The notes under the pieces: model-generated
What the model was told of the DNA's origin: nothing
Databases searched by the model: none
The model's input: the letters and a program-made list of their open reading frames with translations, nothing else
In this document: one piece after another, positions 43,247 through 56,003 of the stretch
Layout of the letters: every line of letters begins with the position of its first letter
Position numbering within the stretch: position 1 is the first letter of the stretch
Source: Betaproteobacteria bacterium
Lineage (GTDB): Bacteria; Bacillota; UBA5301; DYFA01
NCBI GenBank assembly: GCA_050260635.1
Contig: JBLNCL010000006.1
Span: 68,808 to 132,807 of the forward strand
Direction of reading: 5' to 3'
Length of the DNA stretch: 64,000 nucleotides
Made by a program: the position numbers and the translations under genes

Positions 43247-44215
43247 TCAGTTCATTCTACCATCGGCTGCATACTTATGCAACGGCTTGCATATTTTCTC
43301 CAGATCTCGCCGGATCGCCAAGACCGCCTCCCGGGCCGCCTCGGCGTAGGCCTCCGGGCCGAACCGCTGCCAGTACTCCGGCCGCCGGAAGGCAAAGACG
43401 ACGCTTCGGGCAGCGTTCACGACCGCCCCCCGCCCCTGTGGGTCGAAGCAGGGCGCCGCGTCGGCCGCCCCGCCCCCCTGGGCCCCGTAGCCCGGGACCA
43501 GGAAAGGTGTCGCCGGCATCAGCCGCCGCAGACGGGCCGCCTCCGCCGGGTCCGTTCCTGCCACTACTGCCCCTAGAGCAGAGTACCCGCTTAACCCACG
43601 GTGGGCCGCCCCCCAGCGGTCAACCAGCTCCGCCAGGTGATCAGAAAAGGGCCGCCCGCCGCCTCCCGGCCCGTCCCCGGCCAGTTTGCCGAAGTCCTGG
43701 AGCTCCCGTCCGTCGGGGTTCGAGGTCCGGACAAGGGCGAAGGCGCCCTTCCCCGCAGCGGCGTAGGCCAAGAACGGCGCCACGCCCTCCCAGCCGAAGA
43801 GCGGGTTGACCGTCACGGCGTCGGCGTCCAGACCTGTCCGGCCCAGGCAGGCCTCGGCGTACGCCCGGGCGGTTGACCCGATGTCCCCCCGCTTGGCGTC
43901 AAGGATCACCAGCAGCCCCCGCCGGCGGGCCTCTCGGACGACCGCTCGCAGCGCCGCCCACCCGGCCGCCCCATGCTGTTCGAAGTAGGCCGCCTGCGGC
44001 TTGACCGCCGGAACCAGGTCGGCCACGGCCGCCAGGATTTCGAGGCAGAACCGCCCGACCGCGGCCGCGACCGCCCGATGGCCCCGCCCGTACCGCAGCT
44101 CCGCCTGGACCAGCAACGACTCAGGCAACTCCGAGGGGATCGGGTCGAGTCCAACCACCAGCGGCGTGCCCTTCGCCTCCACGGCCGCCGCCAGACGGTC
44201 GGCGAAGTTGTTCAT
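43247..44215 (-). CDS. pyrF: Orotidine-5'-phosphate decarboxylase, long (type 2) form
   Basis: The conserved start MNNFADRLAAAVEAKGTPLVVGLDP makes an ATGA-type overlap with the pyrC stop. The listed ORF (to 44347) has a 44-aa extension. Confidence 0.85.
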   Translation of the reverse strand: MNNFADRLAAAVEAKGTPLVVGLDPIPSELPESLLVQAELRYGRGHRAVAAAVGRFCLEILAAVADLVPAVKPQAAYFEQHGAAGWAALRAVVREARRRGLLVILDAKRGDIGSTARAYAEACLGRTGLDADAVTVNPLFGWEGVAPFLAYAAAGKGAFALVRTSNPDGRELQDFGKLAGDGPGGGGRPFSDHLAELVDRWGAAHRGLSGYSALGAVVAGTDPAEAARLRRLMPATPFLVPGYGAQGGGAADAAPCFDPQGRGAVVNAARSVVFAFRRPEYWQRFGPEAYAEAAREAVLAIRRDLEKICKPLHKYAADGRMN

Positions 44216-45487
44216 ACCAGCACCTCTCCTTGCCACATGACGAGCCGCCCGCCCACTACCGTCGCCGCCGGTCGCCCGGTCAGCCGCCACCCTGCAAACG
44301 GCGTGTTCCGGCTCTGGGAGACAAAGTCCGACGGGTTCACCGTCCACTCTGCCTCCGGGTCGATCACCGTGAGGTCTGCCACCGCTCCGACTTTGACGGC
44401 GTTCGCTGGGAGTCCCAAGACCCGCGCCGGCCCGTAGGACATCCGCTCCACCAGTCCGGCCCAGCCCAGCCTCCCTCGGCGAACCAGCCGGTCCACCACA
44501 AGCCCGACCGCCGTCTCCAGCCCCACCATGCCCGGAGGGGCTAGACCAAACTCGACCTGCTTCTCCTCGAGGGTGTGGGGAGCGTGGTCGGTCGCCACAG
44601 CGTCGATCAGGCCCTTCACCAGCCCGTCCTGGAGCTCGGCGCAGTCTCCCTCCGTCCGCAGGGGCGGCGAGACTCGGGCGTTGGTGTCGTACCCCCGGAC
44701 CGCCTCTTCGGTCAAGAAAAGGTGGTGAGGCGTCACCTCACAGGTAACGCTTACCCCCCGCCGCTTCGCCTCTTTAATGAGGCGGAGTGCCCCGGCCGTC
44801 GAGACGTGGGCGACATGGAGCCGGGCACCCGTCAACTCCGCCAGGATGAGGTCCCTGGCGACCATGGTCTCTTCCGCTGCCGCCGGGATCCCCGGTAGCC
44901 CGAGCCTCGTCGAGAGCGCACCCTCGTTCATCACCCCGTCAGCCGCCAGGTTCCGGTCCTCGGCGTGGACGATCACGGGGCGGCCGTGCCCTTTAGCGTA
45001 CTCCAGCGCCCGCCGGAAAAGGGCCGCGTTCATCACGGCACTCCCGTCGTCTGAGAAAGCCACCGCCCCCGCCCGTGCCATGTCGCCCATCTCTGCCAGT
45101 TCCTCGCCAGCTCGCCCCTTCGTCACCGCCCCGATGGTGTAAACGCGCACGGCGCTCTCCGAGGCCGCCCGGTCGAGGACAAAGCGAACCATGGACTCCC
45201 GGTCGATGGCCGGGTTGGTGTTGGGCATCGCCGCCACCGCCGTGAACCCGCCCCGGGCAGCAGCCCGGGTGCCGCTCCGAATCGTTTCCTCGTCCTCCCG
45301 CCCCGGCTCCCGCAGGTGGACGTGCGGATCGACGAAACCGGGCAGGACCACCATCCCGGCGATCTCCCTGACCTCGGACGCCGTCCGCGGAGCTAGGTTC
45401 TTCCCCAGCTCGACAATCAAGCCGTCGGCGATCCGGACATCCAATACGCCGTCCAGTCCCTGCTTCGGGTCAACCACCCGGCCTCCT

Positions 45488-45504
<17 letters not shown>
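44212..45504 (-). CDS. pyrC: Dihydroorotase
   Basis: 430 aa (…VDPHVHLREPG…). Amidohydrolase fold. Confidence 0.9.
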
Positions 45505-47072
<1,568 letters not shown>

Positions 47073-47080
47073 TCAGGCAG

Positions 47081-47163
47081 AATAAAACGCCCTCCGCCCG
47101 TCCGGCGAGAAGGCGCCACACGCGAAAGATGCCGGGTCCCCGCCTTGTTAGCCTCGCCGGACT
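47081..47163 (-). promoter_or_regulatory. PyrR-dependent transcription attenuator in the pyrR leader. It comprises a PyrR-binding loop and a terminator.
   Basis: Minus-strand RNA AGUCCGGCGAGGCUAACAAGGCGGGG matches the PyrR-binding consensus (UCCNGNGAGGCU...AAGG). A bulged GC hairpin (GGCGCCUUCUCGCCGGACGGGCGGAGGGCG) follows, then UUUUAUU. This sits immediately before the pyrR SD. Confidence 0.55.
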
Positions 47164-47354
47164 AACTTAAAGACTCAGGCCCATGTTCCGTGTCAATCTT
47201 AGCACGGGCCGGGAGCGGAGTCAAACAAAACTTGGTCCGCCAGAACGGCTGAATCATCCTCGATCAGAACAGCAGGATCCTTTGCGAGCTTGAAGGAACT
47301 TGTTGCCTGCGGCGGAAAATGTCATTATTGCTGGAGACCGGCGAAGGAGGGACG

Positions 47355-47798
47355 AAGATGGAGACTCAATTGGTGGTGTTCCGGCTCGCCAACGAGGATT
47401 TCGGGGTTCCGATCGGCCAGGTGAAGGAAATCAACCGGCTGGTGCCGATTACCTCGATACCGAAGGCGCCACCCGCCGTCCTGGGGGTCATCAATCTCCG
47501 GGGACGCATCATCCCTGTCTTCAGCCTCCGTCAACGTCTCGGGTTTGACCGTGGCGAAACGGACGACGCCACCCGGATTGTTGTGGCCGAGGTGGGCTCT
47601 GAGACCATCGGGTTTGTCGTGGATGCGGTGACAGAGGTCTTGCGCCTCGAGGACACCGCCATCGAGCCAGCCCCGGAAGGCTCCGGAGAGATCGATTCGA
47701 CCTTCATCCGCGGGATCGGCAAGGTGGACGGGCGCCTGATCATCGTGCTCGACGTGGAGAAGGTTTTCGGCTCGGCTGAACTCTCGGAGGCTTCCTAG
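47355..47798 (+). CDS. cheW: Chemotaxis coupling protein CheW (orphan)
   Basis: METQLVVFRLANEDFGVPIGQVKEINRLVPITSIPKAPPAVLGVINLRGRIIPVF… is a typical CheW fold sequence. An AAGGAGGG SD precedes ATG 47355. The listed start 47319 is upstream. Confidence 0.85.
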   Translation, partial: KMETQLVVFRLANEDFGVPIGQVKEINRLVPITSIPKAPPAVLGVINLRGRIIPVFSLRQRLGFDRGETDDATRIVVAEVGSETIGFVVDAVTEVLRLEDTAIEPAPEGSGEIDSTFIRGIGKVDGRLIIVLDVEKVFGSAELSEAS

Positions 47799-47884
47799 CC
47801 CAGGAGGCAGCTTCTGCCACCGAGAGGAATCCCCGGCGCTTCCGAGAAAAAAGCCAGGAGAAGTCTCATAAGGGAGGCCCCTCT

Positions 47885-48583
47885 ATGACTCGTCATACCC
47901 TGCTCACCGTGTTCGCTCTGGTGCTTCTGGCGTTGGCTCCCCTGTATGGGCCCGCGGCCGAGGTGGAGGCCGCCTCACCCGCCCAGCGGATCAGCGACTC
48001 CCTCGAGGTCTTACGGGAGATGGCGCAGCAGTCAGACTCACAGGCCATGGCGAAGCTCCTGCAGAAGGCGAAGGGCGTAGCCGTCTTCCCCTCGGTGATC
48101 AAGGCGGGGCTGATGGTTGGCGGGCGCTACGGCGAGGGCCTCGTGCTCCGCCACGAACCCAACACCGGCGCCTGGTACGGCCCGAGTTTCGTGACCATCA
48201 AGGGCCTTTCCTACGGCCCACAGATTGGCTTCCAGTCCACTGCACTGGTCCTCGTGATCACGAACGACCAGGGAATGAAGAGATTCCGGGGCGACAAGGT
48301 GACGCTGGGCGGCGACCTCGCGGTCGCCGCCGGCCCGGTTGGCCGCCACGTGGAGGCCTCAACCGACGCCGACCTCAAGGCTTCGATCTACAGCTACTCG
48401 ATGAGCAAGGGGATCTTCGCCGGCCTTTCGTTGGAGGGTGCGGTGATCACCCCTGACGACCCGGCCAACGAATCCTACTGGAAGGCCCCCCTCCACCCCG
48501 ATGAAGCCCTCAACCGTCGAGCAGCAGCCGCCGTCCAGCCGCTGGTTCAGGAACTCGAACGCCTGATCACCCAGGCAAAGTGA
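47885..48583 (+). CDS. Secreted SYLF (Ysc84/DUF500) domain protein
   Basis: 232 aa. Signal peptide [33 protein letters not shown]-like core ([14 protein letters not shown]…[12 protein letters not shown]…[14 protein letters not shown]…[12 protein letters not shown]). Domain call by eye. Confidence 0.65.
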   Translation: MTRHTLLTVFALVLLALAPLYGPAAEVEAASPAQRISDSLEVLREMAQQSDSQAMAKLLQKAKGVAVFPSVIKAGLMVGGRYGEGLVLRHEPNTGAWYGPSFVTIKGLSYGPQIGFQSTALVLVITNDQGMKRFRGDKVTLGGDLAVAAGPVGRHVEASTDADLKASIYSYSMSKGIFAGLSLEGAVITPDDPANESYWKAPLHPDEALNRRAAAAVQPLVQELERLITQAK

Positions 48584-49569
48584 GGTCAGCGAGGCAAATG
48601 GGGCCATTGCTGCAGGTCGAAGACCTCAAGGTGCACTTCGACACGGATGACGGAAGGGTCAAAGCCGTCGACGGAGTCAGTTTTCGCCTCGAACGAGGGG
48701 AGACGCTGGCCATCGTGGGCGAATCAGGCTGCGGGAAGAGCGTCACCGCGCTGGCCATTATGGGGCTGATTGCCCACCCGGGGAAGATCGCGGGCGGAAG
48801 CATCGTGTTTGACGGAGAGGACCTGCTGCGGAAAAGCGCCGCGGAGTGGCGTGCCTTGCGGGGTAGCCGCCTCGCCATGATCTTCCAGGAGCCCATGACC
48901 TCGTTGAACCCGGTCTTCACCATCGGGCAACAGATCATGGAGGCCGTCCGCCTCCACCAGCGCGTTGGACCGACAGAGGCCAGGGAAAGAGCCGTCGAGA
49001 TGCTGAGCGTGGTCGGCATCCCGGAGGCAGCCAAGCGAGTGGACGAGTATCCCCATCAATTGTCGGGCGGCATGAGGCAACGAGCGATGATCGCCATGGC
49101 CCTCTCCTGCCGGCCCGAGCTGCTCATCGCCGACGAGCCCACCACGGCGCTGGATGTGACCATCCAGGCCCAGATCCTCGATCTCATGCGCAAGCTACGC
49201 TGCGACTTCGGCACGTCCATCATCCTCATCACGCACGACATGGGGGTGGTGGCCGAGATGGCCGATCGGGTCGCCGTAATGTACACGGGCAAGGTCGTGG
49301 AAGAGGCGGACGTGAAGACGTTGTTCGCCGACCCCCGGCATCCCTATACCTCCGGCCTGTTGGCCTCCATTCCTAAGCTTCATACCAAGGCGGACCGCCT
49401 GAAGGTCATCGAGGGGACGGTGCCCGACCCCTTCGAGCTCCCGGAAGGCTGCACTTTCGCCCCCCGCTGCGCCAGGGCGGGCGAGCGCTGCCGCCAGGCG
49501 CCGGTGCTACGCACGGTTAACCCCGGCCACCTCGTCGCTTGCTGGAAGTCCGACGAGATTCCGGCCTGA
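48580..49569 (+). CDS. Oligo/dipeptide ABC transporter ATP-binding protein (OppD/DppD-like)
   Basis: Walker A GESGCGKS, signature LSGGMRQR, Walker [14 protein letters not shown]-terminal oligopeptide-ABC extension. Confidence 0.88.
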   Translation: MRSARQMGPLLQVEDLKVHFDTDDGRVKAVDGVSFRLERGETLAIVGESGCGKSVTALAIMGLIAHPGKIAGGSIVFDGEDLLRKSAAEWRALRGSRLAMIFQEPMTSLNPVFTIGQQIMEAVRLHQRVGPTEARERAVEMLSVVGIPEAAKRVDEYPHQLSGGMRQRAMIAMALSCRPELLIADEPTTALDVTIQAQILDLMRKLRCDFGTSIILITHDMGVVAEMADRVAVMYTGKVVEEADVKTLFADPRHPYTSGLLASIPKLHTKADRLKVIEGTVPDPFELPEGCTFAPRCARAGERCRQAPVLRTVNPGHLVACWKSDEIPA

Positions 49570-49573
49570 CGAG

Positions 49574-50599
<1,026 letters not shown>

Positions 50600-50637
50600 C
50601 CTTACCGGCCGGGGCGGTTGCGGCCCGCACCCGCCGG

Positions 50638-50663
50638 CAAGTCTGAGAATCAAGTCTGAGAAT
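50638..50663. repeat. Perfect tandem direct repeat 2 x 13 bp (CAAGTCTGAGAAT), 20 bp upstream of the substrate-binding-protein gene start
   Basis: Read directly: ggCAAGTCTGAGAATCAAGTCTGAGAATatcaagaaaggggttgatccaGTG. This is an AT-richer island in a GC-rich genome. It could be a regulator site or slippage. Confidence 0.5.
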
Positions 50664-50684
50664 ATCAAGAAAGGGGTTGATCCA

Positions 50685-52286
50685 GTGAGCAAGAAGTGGT
50701 TTGTTGGCCTGTGGTGCTTCGCCCTCGTCCTGGGGCTCGCCTCGGTGAGCCTGGCTGCCAACAAGAACCCGCAGGGCCAGATCACCGTCGGCCTGCTCGA
50801 CACACTGGAGCACATGAACCCGATCCTCTCCGAGGAGATGAACGGGACCTACGTGCTCAACGCCATCTTCAGTCAATTGGTACGCATCGACGAGAACGGC
50901 AACGTGATTCCGGACCTGGCGACCAAGTGGGAAGTCTCCAAAGACGGACTCGTCTACACCTTCCATCTGAACCCGAAGGCCAAGTGGCACGACGGACAGC
51001 CGGTGACGTCGGCTGACGTCAAGTTCACCTGGGAGACCATCATGAACCCGAAAGTCCAAGTCGTCAGCCGCGACGGCTTTGACAAGATCACCAAGATCGA
51101 GACTCCTGATCAGCACACCGTCAGAATGTACCTCAAGGAGCGGGTCGCTGACTGGCTGCTAAACTGGGCCCAAACGCAGGGCAGCATCATCCCGGAGCAC
51201 ATCCTGGGTAAGCTGAAACCCGAAGAAATCACCAAGGGTTGCGACTTCGCCCGCAAGCCGATCGGCTCCGGCCCCTACAAGTTCGTCGAGTGGAAGGAAG
51301 GGTCCTACGTCGTCCTCGAGGCGAACAAGGACTACTACGGCAAGGGGCCTTTCATCGCCAAGGTCATCTTCCGCCTGGGCTTCAACCAGAACACCCGTCT
51401 CGTGGCCTTGAAAGCTGGCGAGATCGACGTGACTGATCTCGCTGCGCCGCAGTACGAGGAAGCCACCAAGATCGCCCGCCTCAACGTCATTAAGCGGCCG
51501 GCTTCGACGTATGCCCACATCACGCCGGACCTGCGCAAGCCGATCTTCCAGGATAAGCGGGTCCGCCAGGCGCTCAGCTACGCCATCCCGCGGGACCTTA
51601 TCGTGGAGAAGATCCTGAAGGGGATCGGGCAGCCGGCGGCCGGCTCCATGGCCCCGGTCATGTGGGCGTATAACCCGAAGGTCAAGCCCTACCCATTTGA
51701 CCTGAAGAAGGCCAACAAACTCCTGGATGAGGCCGGCTGGAAGATGGGCAAGGACGGCATCCGGGAAAAGGATGGCAAGCCGTTCCACGTCACCATCTCC
51801 ACCAACGCCGAAAACTCCATCCGAGTCCAGATTGAGCAGGTCCTGAAGGAAGAGTGGAAGAAGATCGGTGTTGACCTAGAGATCAAGAACTACGACGGGA
51901 CCACCCTGTTCGGCGACATCCTCGAAAACATCAAGTTCGACCTGATCCTGTTCGCCTGGGTGACCGGCGCCAGTCCGGATGAGTGGACAATGTACCACTC
52001 CAGCCAGATTCCCTCCCCCCAGAACCAGGTCGGCCAGAACTACATGGCCTACAAGAACCCCGAGGTCGACAAGCTCCTGGCGCAAGGCCGGGCGACCGAC
52101 GACCGCAAGGTCCGGATCCCGATCTACCACAAGATCCAGGAGATCCTTCACGAAGACGTGCCGTTCCTGCCGTTGTACTACTACGTGAACGTCTTCGCCT
52201 CGCCGAAGAATCTGGTGAATTTCCGGCCGTCGGGCTTCACCAACGGGTTTGACTGGAACATCAACGAGTGGCAGTTGAAAAAGTAA
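50685..52286 (+). CDS. ABC transporter substrate-binding protein, family 5 (OppA/DppA/NikA-like)
   Basis: 533 aa. Signal peptide MSKKWFVGLWCFALVLGLASVSLAA. SBP_bac_5-like body. Confidence 0.88.
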   Translation: MSKKWFVGLWCFALVLGLASVSLAANKNPQGQITVGLLDTLEHMNPILSEEMNGTYVLNAIFSQLVRIDENGNVIPDLATKWEVSKDGLVYTFHLNPKAKWHDGQPVTSADVKFTWETIMNPKVQVVSRDGFDKITKIETPDQHTVRMYLKERVADWLLNWAQTQGSIIPEHILGKLKPEEITKGCDFARKPIGSGPYKFVEWKEGSYVVLEANKDYYGKGPFIAKVIFRLGFNQNTRLVALKAGEIDVTDLAAPQYEEATKIARLNVIKRPASTYAHITPDLRKPIFQDKRVRQALSYAIPRDLIVEKILKGIGQPAAGSMAPVMWAYNPKVKPYPFDLKKANKLLDEAGWKMGKDGIREKDGKPFHVTISTNAENSIRVQIEQVLKEEWKKIGVDLEIKNYDGTTLFGDILENIKFDLILFAWVTGASPDEWTMYHSSQIPSPQNQVGQNYMAYKNPEVDKLLAQGRATDDRKVRIPIYHKIQEILHEDVPFLPLYYYVNVFASPKNLVNFRPSGFTNGFDWNINEWQLKK

Positions 52287-52385
52287 CGACTTGACCAGGC
52301 AGGCCGTGCGGTCCCCCGGGTAGCCAGCTCGGGGGACCGTCCACCGCCAGCCCTGGAACCCGGCCAAGACAGGGGGCTTTCTATC

Positions 52386-53339
52386 GTGTGGCGCTACATC
52401 CTTCGCCGACTGATCCAGGCAATACCGCTGCTAATCGGAATCTCGCTCATCTCTTTCTTTATCATGCGGCTGGCGCCTGGCGGCCCTCTGTCTGGACTGC
52501 TCACCAACCCCAAGGTGACGCCCGCCGACGTAGCCCGCATCGAACATGCCTGGGGTCTCGACCAGCCCCTGCACATCCAGTACTTCAAGTGGTTGTGGTC
52601 CATGATTAGGGGCGATTGGGGACTGTCCTACAAGACGGGGTTGCCGGTCTGGCAGATGATCGTGTCTCGCCTTCCGGCGACGTTCACCCTCATGTTTTCC
52701 GCCTTTCTGCTCAGCGTGACCATCGCGCTCCCAGCCGGCATCCTGTCGGCCGTGAAACGTTACTCGCCGGCCGATTACCTCGTGACCTTCCTGGCCTTTC
52801 TCGGTGTGGCGCTGCCCTCCTTCTGGTTCGGCCTAATGCTCCAGTTGCTCTTCTCAGTCAAGCTGGGGTGGCTGCCGAGTTCCGGCCTGGAAACCATCGG
52901 CCTTGGCTTCAACGTGCTGGACAGGCTGCGGCATCTGGCCATGCCAACGATCGTCTTGGCGCTCGTCAGCATCGCCGGATGGAGTCGTTACATGCGGTCG
53001 AGCATGCTTGAGGCTATCCACCAGGACTATATCCGCACCGCTCGGGCGAAGGGATTGCCGGAGAGCGCGGTGATCGGCCGACATGCTCTGAAAAACGCCA
53101 TGATTCCCGTGGTAACCATCATGGGCCTGGACCTACCCTCCTGGTTCGGCGGGGCAGCGATCACCGAAACGATCTTCGCCTGGCCAGGAATGGGCCGACT
53201 ATATGTGGAGGCCGTATTCGGGCGCGACTACCCGGTTCTTATGGCCAACCTTATGTTCACGGCGGTTCTGGTGGTGGTCGGGAACCTTTTGGCCGACATC
53301 CTGTACGCGCTCCTCGACCCGCGCATCAAGTATGACTGA
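52386..53339 (+). CDS. ABC transporter permease (OppB/DppB-like)
   Basis: 317 aa. BPD_transp_1 with EAA-like loop (…YIRTARAKGLPESAVIGRHALKNA…). Confidence 0.88.
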   Translation: MWRYILRRLIQAIPLLIGISLISFFIMRLAPGGPLSGLLTNPKVTPADVARIEHAWGLDQPLHIQYFKWLWSMIRGDWGLSYKTGLPVWQMIVSRLPATFTLMFSAFLLSVTIALPAGILSAVKRYSPADYLVTFLAFLGVALPSFWFGLMLQLLFSVKLGWLPSSGLETIGLGFNVLDRLRHLAMPTIVLALVSIAGWSRYMRSSMLEAIHQDYIRTARAKGLPESAVIGRHALKNAMIPVVTIMGLDLPSWFGGAAITETIFAWPGMGRLYVEAVFGRDYPVLMANLMFTAVLVVVGNLLADILYALLDPRIKYD

Positions 53340-53363
53340 GCCAGACAGAAGGAGAAATGCGTT

Positions 53364-54266
53364 GTGGCTGAGACGAAAGCAGCGATCGCAAGTTCACCAC
53401 AGGTCAGGCGGGCGGTTAGGGTCGACTCGCCCCTGCGGCAGGTGACCCGGCGCTTCCGCAAGAACCGCCTGGCGGTGCTCGGGTTGATCATGCTCCTGCT
53501 CTTAAGCTTCACGGCGCTGTTCACACCCTGGATCGCCCGCTACAAGCCTACTCAGATAGATCTGTTCAGCGTGCAGTCGCCACCCTCAAGAGAGCATCCC
53601 CTCGGGACCGACGAATTGGGCCGCGACGCCCTGACCCGCTTGCTGTACGGCAGCCGGGTGTCCTTGTCGGTGGGCCTGGCGGCCACGGTCATCTCCACTA
53701 CGGTCGGGGTGTTGGTGGGGGCTGTCGCCGGCTACTACGGGGGATTGGTCGATAACCTCCTGATGCGGTTCGTCGACATCATGCTGTCGTTCCCGACCTT
53801 GTTCCTGCTCATCATCCTGGCGGCCTACTTCAAGACCACGGTCCTGGGAGTAATCGCCATCATCGGGTTGACCGGCTGGATGAACGTGGCTCGGCTGGTT
53901 CGCGGCGAGTTCCTCTCCCTGAAAGAGAAAGAGTTCACCGAGGCAGCCCGGGCGCTGGGCATCCGCGACGGCCGCATCATCTTTCGCCACCTCCTGCCCA
54001 ACGCCATGGCGCCGGTCATCGTCGCCGCCACCCTTAACGTCGGTGGGTCCATCATCTACGAGTCGGCCCTGAGCTTCCTCGGGGTGGGGATCCAACCGCC
54101 CGCTGCCAGTTGGGGGAACATGCTGACCAACGCCCAGGACTACCTCTGGAACGCCCCGTGGCTGGCCATCTGGCCGGGCTTCATGATCTTCGTGACGGTT
54201 CTGGCCTTCAACTTCGTCGGCGATGGCCTGCGGGACGCCCTCGACCCTCGGCTCAAAGGCCGCTGA
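53364..54266 (+). CDS. ABC transporter permease (OppC/DppC-like)
   Basis: 300 aa. N-terminal OppC_N-like helix. EAA loop (…FTEAARALGIRDGRIIFRHLLPNA…). Confidence 0.88.
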   Translation: MAETKAAIASSPQVRRAVRVDSPLRQVTRRFRKNRLAVLGLIMLLLLSFTALFTPWIARYKPTQIDLFSVQSPPSREHPLGTDELGRDALTRLLYGSRVSLSVGLAATVISTTVGVLVGAVAGYYGGLVDNLLMRFVDIMLSFPTLFLLIILAAYFKTTVLGVIAIIGLTGWMNVARLVRGEFLSLKEKEFTEAARALGIRDGRIIFRHLLPNAMAPVIVAATLNVGGSIIYESALSFLGVGIQPPAASWGNMLTNAQDYLWNAPWLAIWPGFMIFVTVLAFNFVGDGLRDALDPRLKGR

Positions 54267-55218
54267 TCTTTGCGCCCCTCAGCCGTTCCACCGCCGCCTG
54301 AAAATCGGCCGGCGGCGCCGTCCGGAAGGAAAGTTCTTGGCCGGTCCGAGGGTGGCGGAAAGCAAGCACCGCGGCGTGGAGGGCCTGACCCTGAAGGCCG
54401 AGTTCCCCGGGCTGGCCGCCGTAGACGGGATCGCCGGCGACGGGGTGACCGATATGGGAGAGATGGACCCTGATCTGGTGGGTCCGCCCGGTTTCCAGGC
54501 GCGCCTCGAGCAGGGTATAGCCGGGGAACTCCTCAAGCACCCGCCAGTGGGTTACCGCCGGCTTGCCGCCGGTCTGGACGACCGCCATCTTCTTCCGGTG
54601 GCGCGGGTGACGCCCGATGTTGCCCGAAATGGTCCCCTCAGGACTGGGCAGGTGACCCTTGACCAGCGCCACGTACCGGCGGTCGATGCGGTGCGCCTTG
54701 AACTGGGCGGCAAGGTGAAGGTGGGTTGGGTCGTTTTTCGCCACCACCATGACTCCGCTCGTATCCTTGTCGAGCCGGTGGACGATCCCAGGCCGCATCA
54801 CACCCCCCACCCCGGACAGGCTTCCGGCGTGGCCAAGGACGGCATTCACCAGCGTCCCGCGGCGGTTCCCGGCGGCCGGGTGGACCACCATTCCGCGGGG
54901 CTTGTTGACGACGATCAAATCGTCGTCCTCGTGCAGGATCTCCAGCGGAATCTCCTCGGGTTCGGCGGCCGACGGCTCCGGCGGCGGGATGGTGTAGGTG
55001 ACCCGCTCCCCGCCGGAGAGACGAAAGCTGGGCCGGGCCGGGCCGCCGTCCACCAGCAGCTCCCCCGCCTCGATCAGCCGCTGGGCCATGCTCCTGGAGG
55101 TGATTCCGGGCAAGGTGGCGGCGTAGACGTCGAGCCGTTTCCCAGCCGCAGCTAAAGGAACAGCGGCGGTCCCGGCGGTCGGCTGTCCACTCGCTGCCAT
55201 GCCCCTCCCTGCTGCCAT
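54253..55218 (-). CDS. rluD: RluD-type 23S rRNA pseudouridine synthase (RluA family)
   Basis: S4 domain, then the catalytic motif HRLDKDTSGVMVVAKN. Same position as B. subtilis ylyB, after lspA. Confidence 0.88.
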   Translation of the reverse strand: MAAGRGMAASGQPTAGTAAVPLAAAGKRLDVYAATLPGITSRSMAQRLIEAGELLVDGGPARPSFRLSGGERVTYTIPPPEPSAAEPEEIPLEILHEDDDLIVVNKPRGMVVHPAAGNRRGTLVNAVLGHAGSLSGVGGVMRPGIVHRLDKDTSGVMVVAKNDPTHLHLAAQFKAHRIDRRYVALVKGHLPSPEGTISGNIGRHPRHRKKMAVVQTGGKPAVTHWRVLEEFPGYTLLEARLETGRTHQIRVHLSHIGHPVAGDPVYGGQPGELGLQGQALHAAVLAFRHPRTGQELSFRTAPPADFQAAVERLRGAKISGL

Positions 55219-55241
55219 GCCGGCTGCCTCCCCTGCTCTGT

Positions 55242-56003
55242 CTACCCCGAGAGCGTCTCAACTCCCGGCCGCCGCTTCCGGTCGAGGTACGGAACCATGG
55301 CAAAGGCCGCCGTTCCGAGGATGAGGCTGGCGACCTGACCGAGAGTGAGGGGTCCGAGAAAGGCCGGCTCAAATCGCCAGAACTCGACGATGAACCGGAT
55401 GACGGAGTATCCGCCGACCATCACCCAACCCGGCCACCCCTTGAAGTGCGTATGGCGCCTGGTGACCCAAAGGTAGCCAAAGAGAGCGAAGTCGAGAAGC
55501 ATCTCGTAGAGTTGCGTGGGATGGCGGGGGACATCGTGAAGGAGCGAACAGTCAAAGGCCCATGGAACGCTGGACGGGACCCCGAAGCAGCATCCGTTCA
55601 AGAGGCACCCGAGTCGCACCATCCCGATTCCCAGGACACCCCATTTGGGAAGGAAATCAGCCAACTCCCAGGCGTCCACCTGCTGCCACCGGGCATACCA
55701 GACACCGGCCAGGATGGCCAGGGCAAACCCGCCATGCATGGCGAGGCCGCCATCCTGCAAGGCAAATGCCTTCAGCGGGTTGGCCAGGTAGTACGGGAGG
55801 TTGAGCAATACGTGGAGCAGGCGGGCGCCGATCACCCCGGCAATGGCGAAAAGGAGCGCCAGGTTATAGATGTGCTCCTCGGCCATCCCTCGGCTTCGCG
55901 CCTCCCGGACGGCAAAGAAGGTCCCGAGGAGGAAGGCCAGGGCGAGCATCGTCCCGTAGGCCCAGATAGTCAACGGCCCGATCCGCAGTAGTACGGGGTG
56001 CAT
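55242..56003 (-). CDS. lgt: Prolipoprotein diacylglyceryl transferase
   Basis: MHPVLLRIGPLTIWAYGTMLALAFLLG…, Lgt signature region. The listed ORF (to 56096) overlaps lspA. An ATG at 56003 makes a TGATG junction with the lspA stop. Confidence 0.88.
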   Translation of the reverse strand: MHPVLLRIGPLTIWAYGTMLALAFLLGTFFAVREARSRGMAEEHIYNLALLFAIAGVIGARLLHVLLNLPYYLANPLKAFALQDGGLAMHGGFALAILAGVWYARWQQVDAWELADFLPKWGVLGIGMVRLGCLLNGCCFGVPSSVPWAFDCSLLHDVPRHPTQLYEMLLDFALFGYLWVTRRHTHFKGWPGWVMVGGYSVIRFIVEFWRFEPAFLGPLTLGQVASLILGTAAFAMVPYLDRKRRPGVETLSG

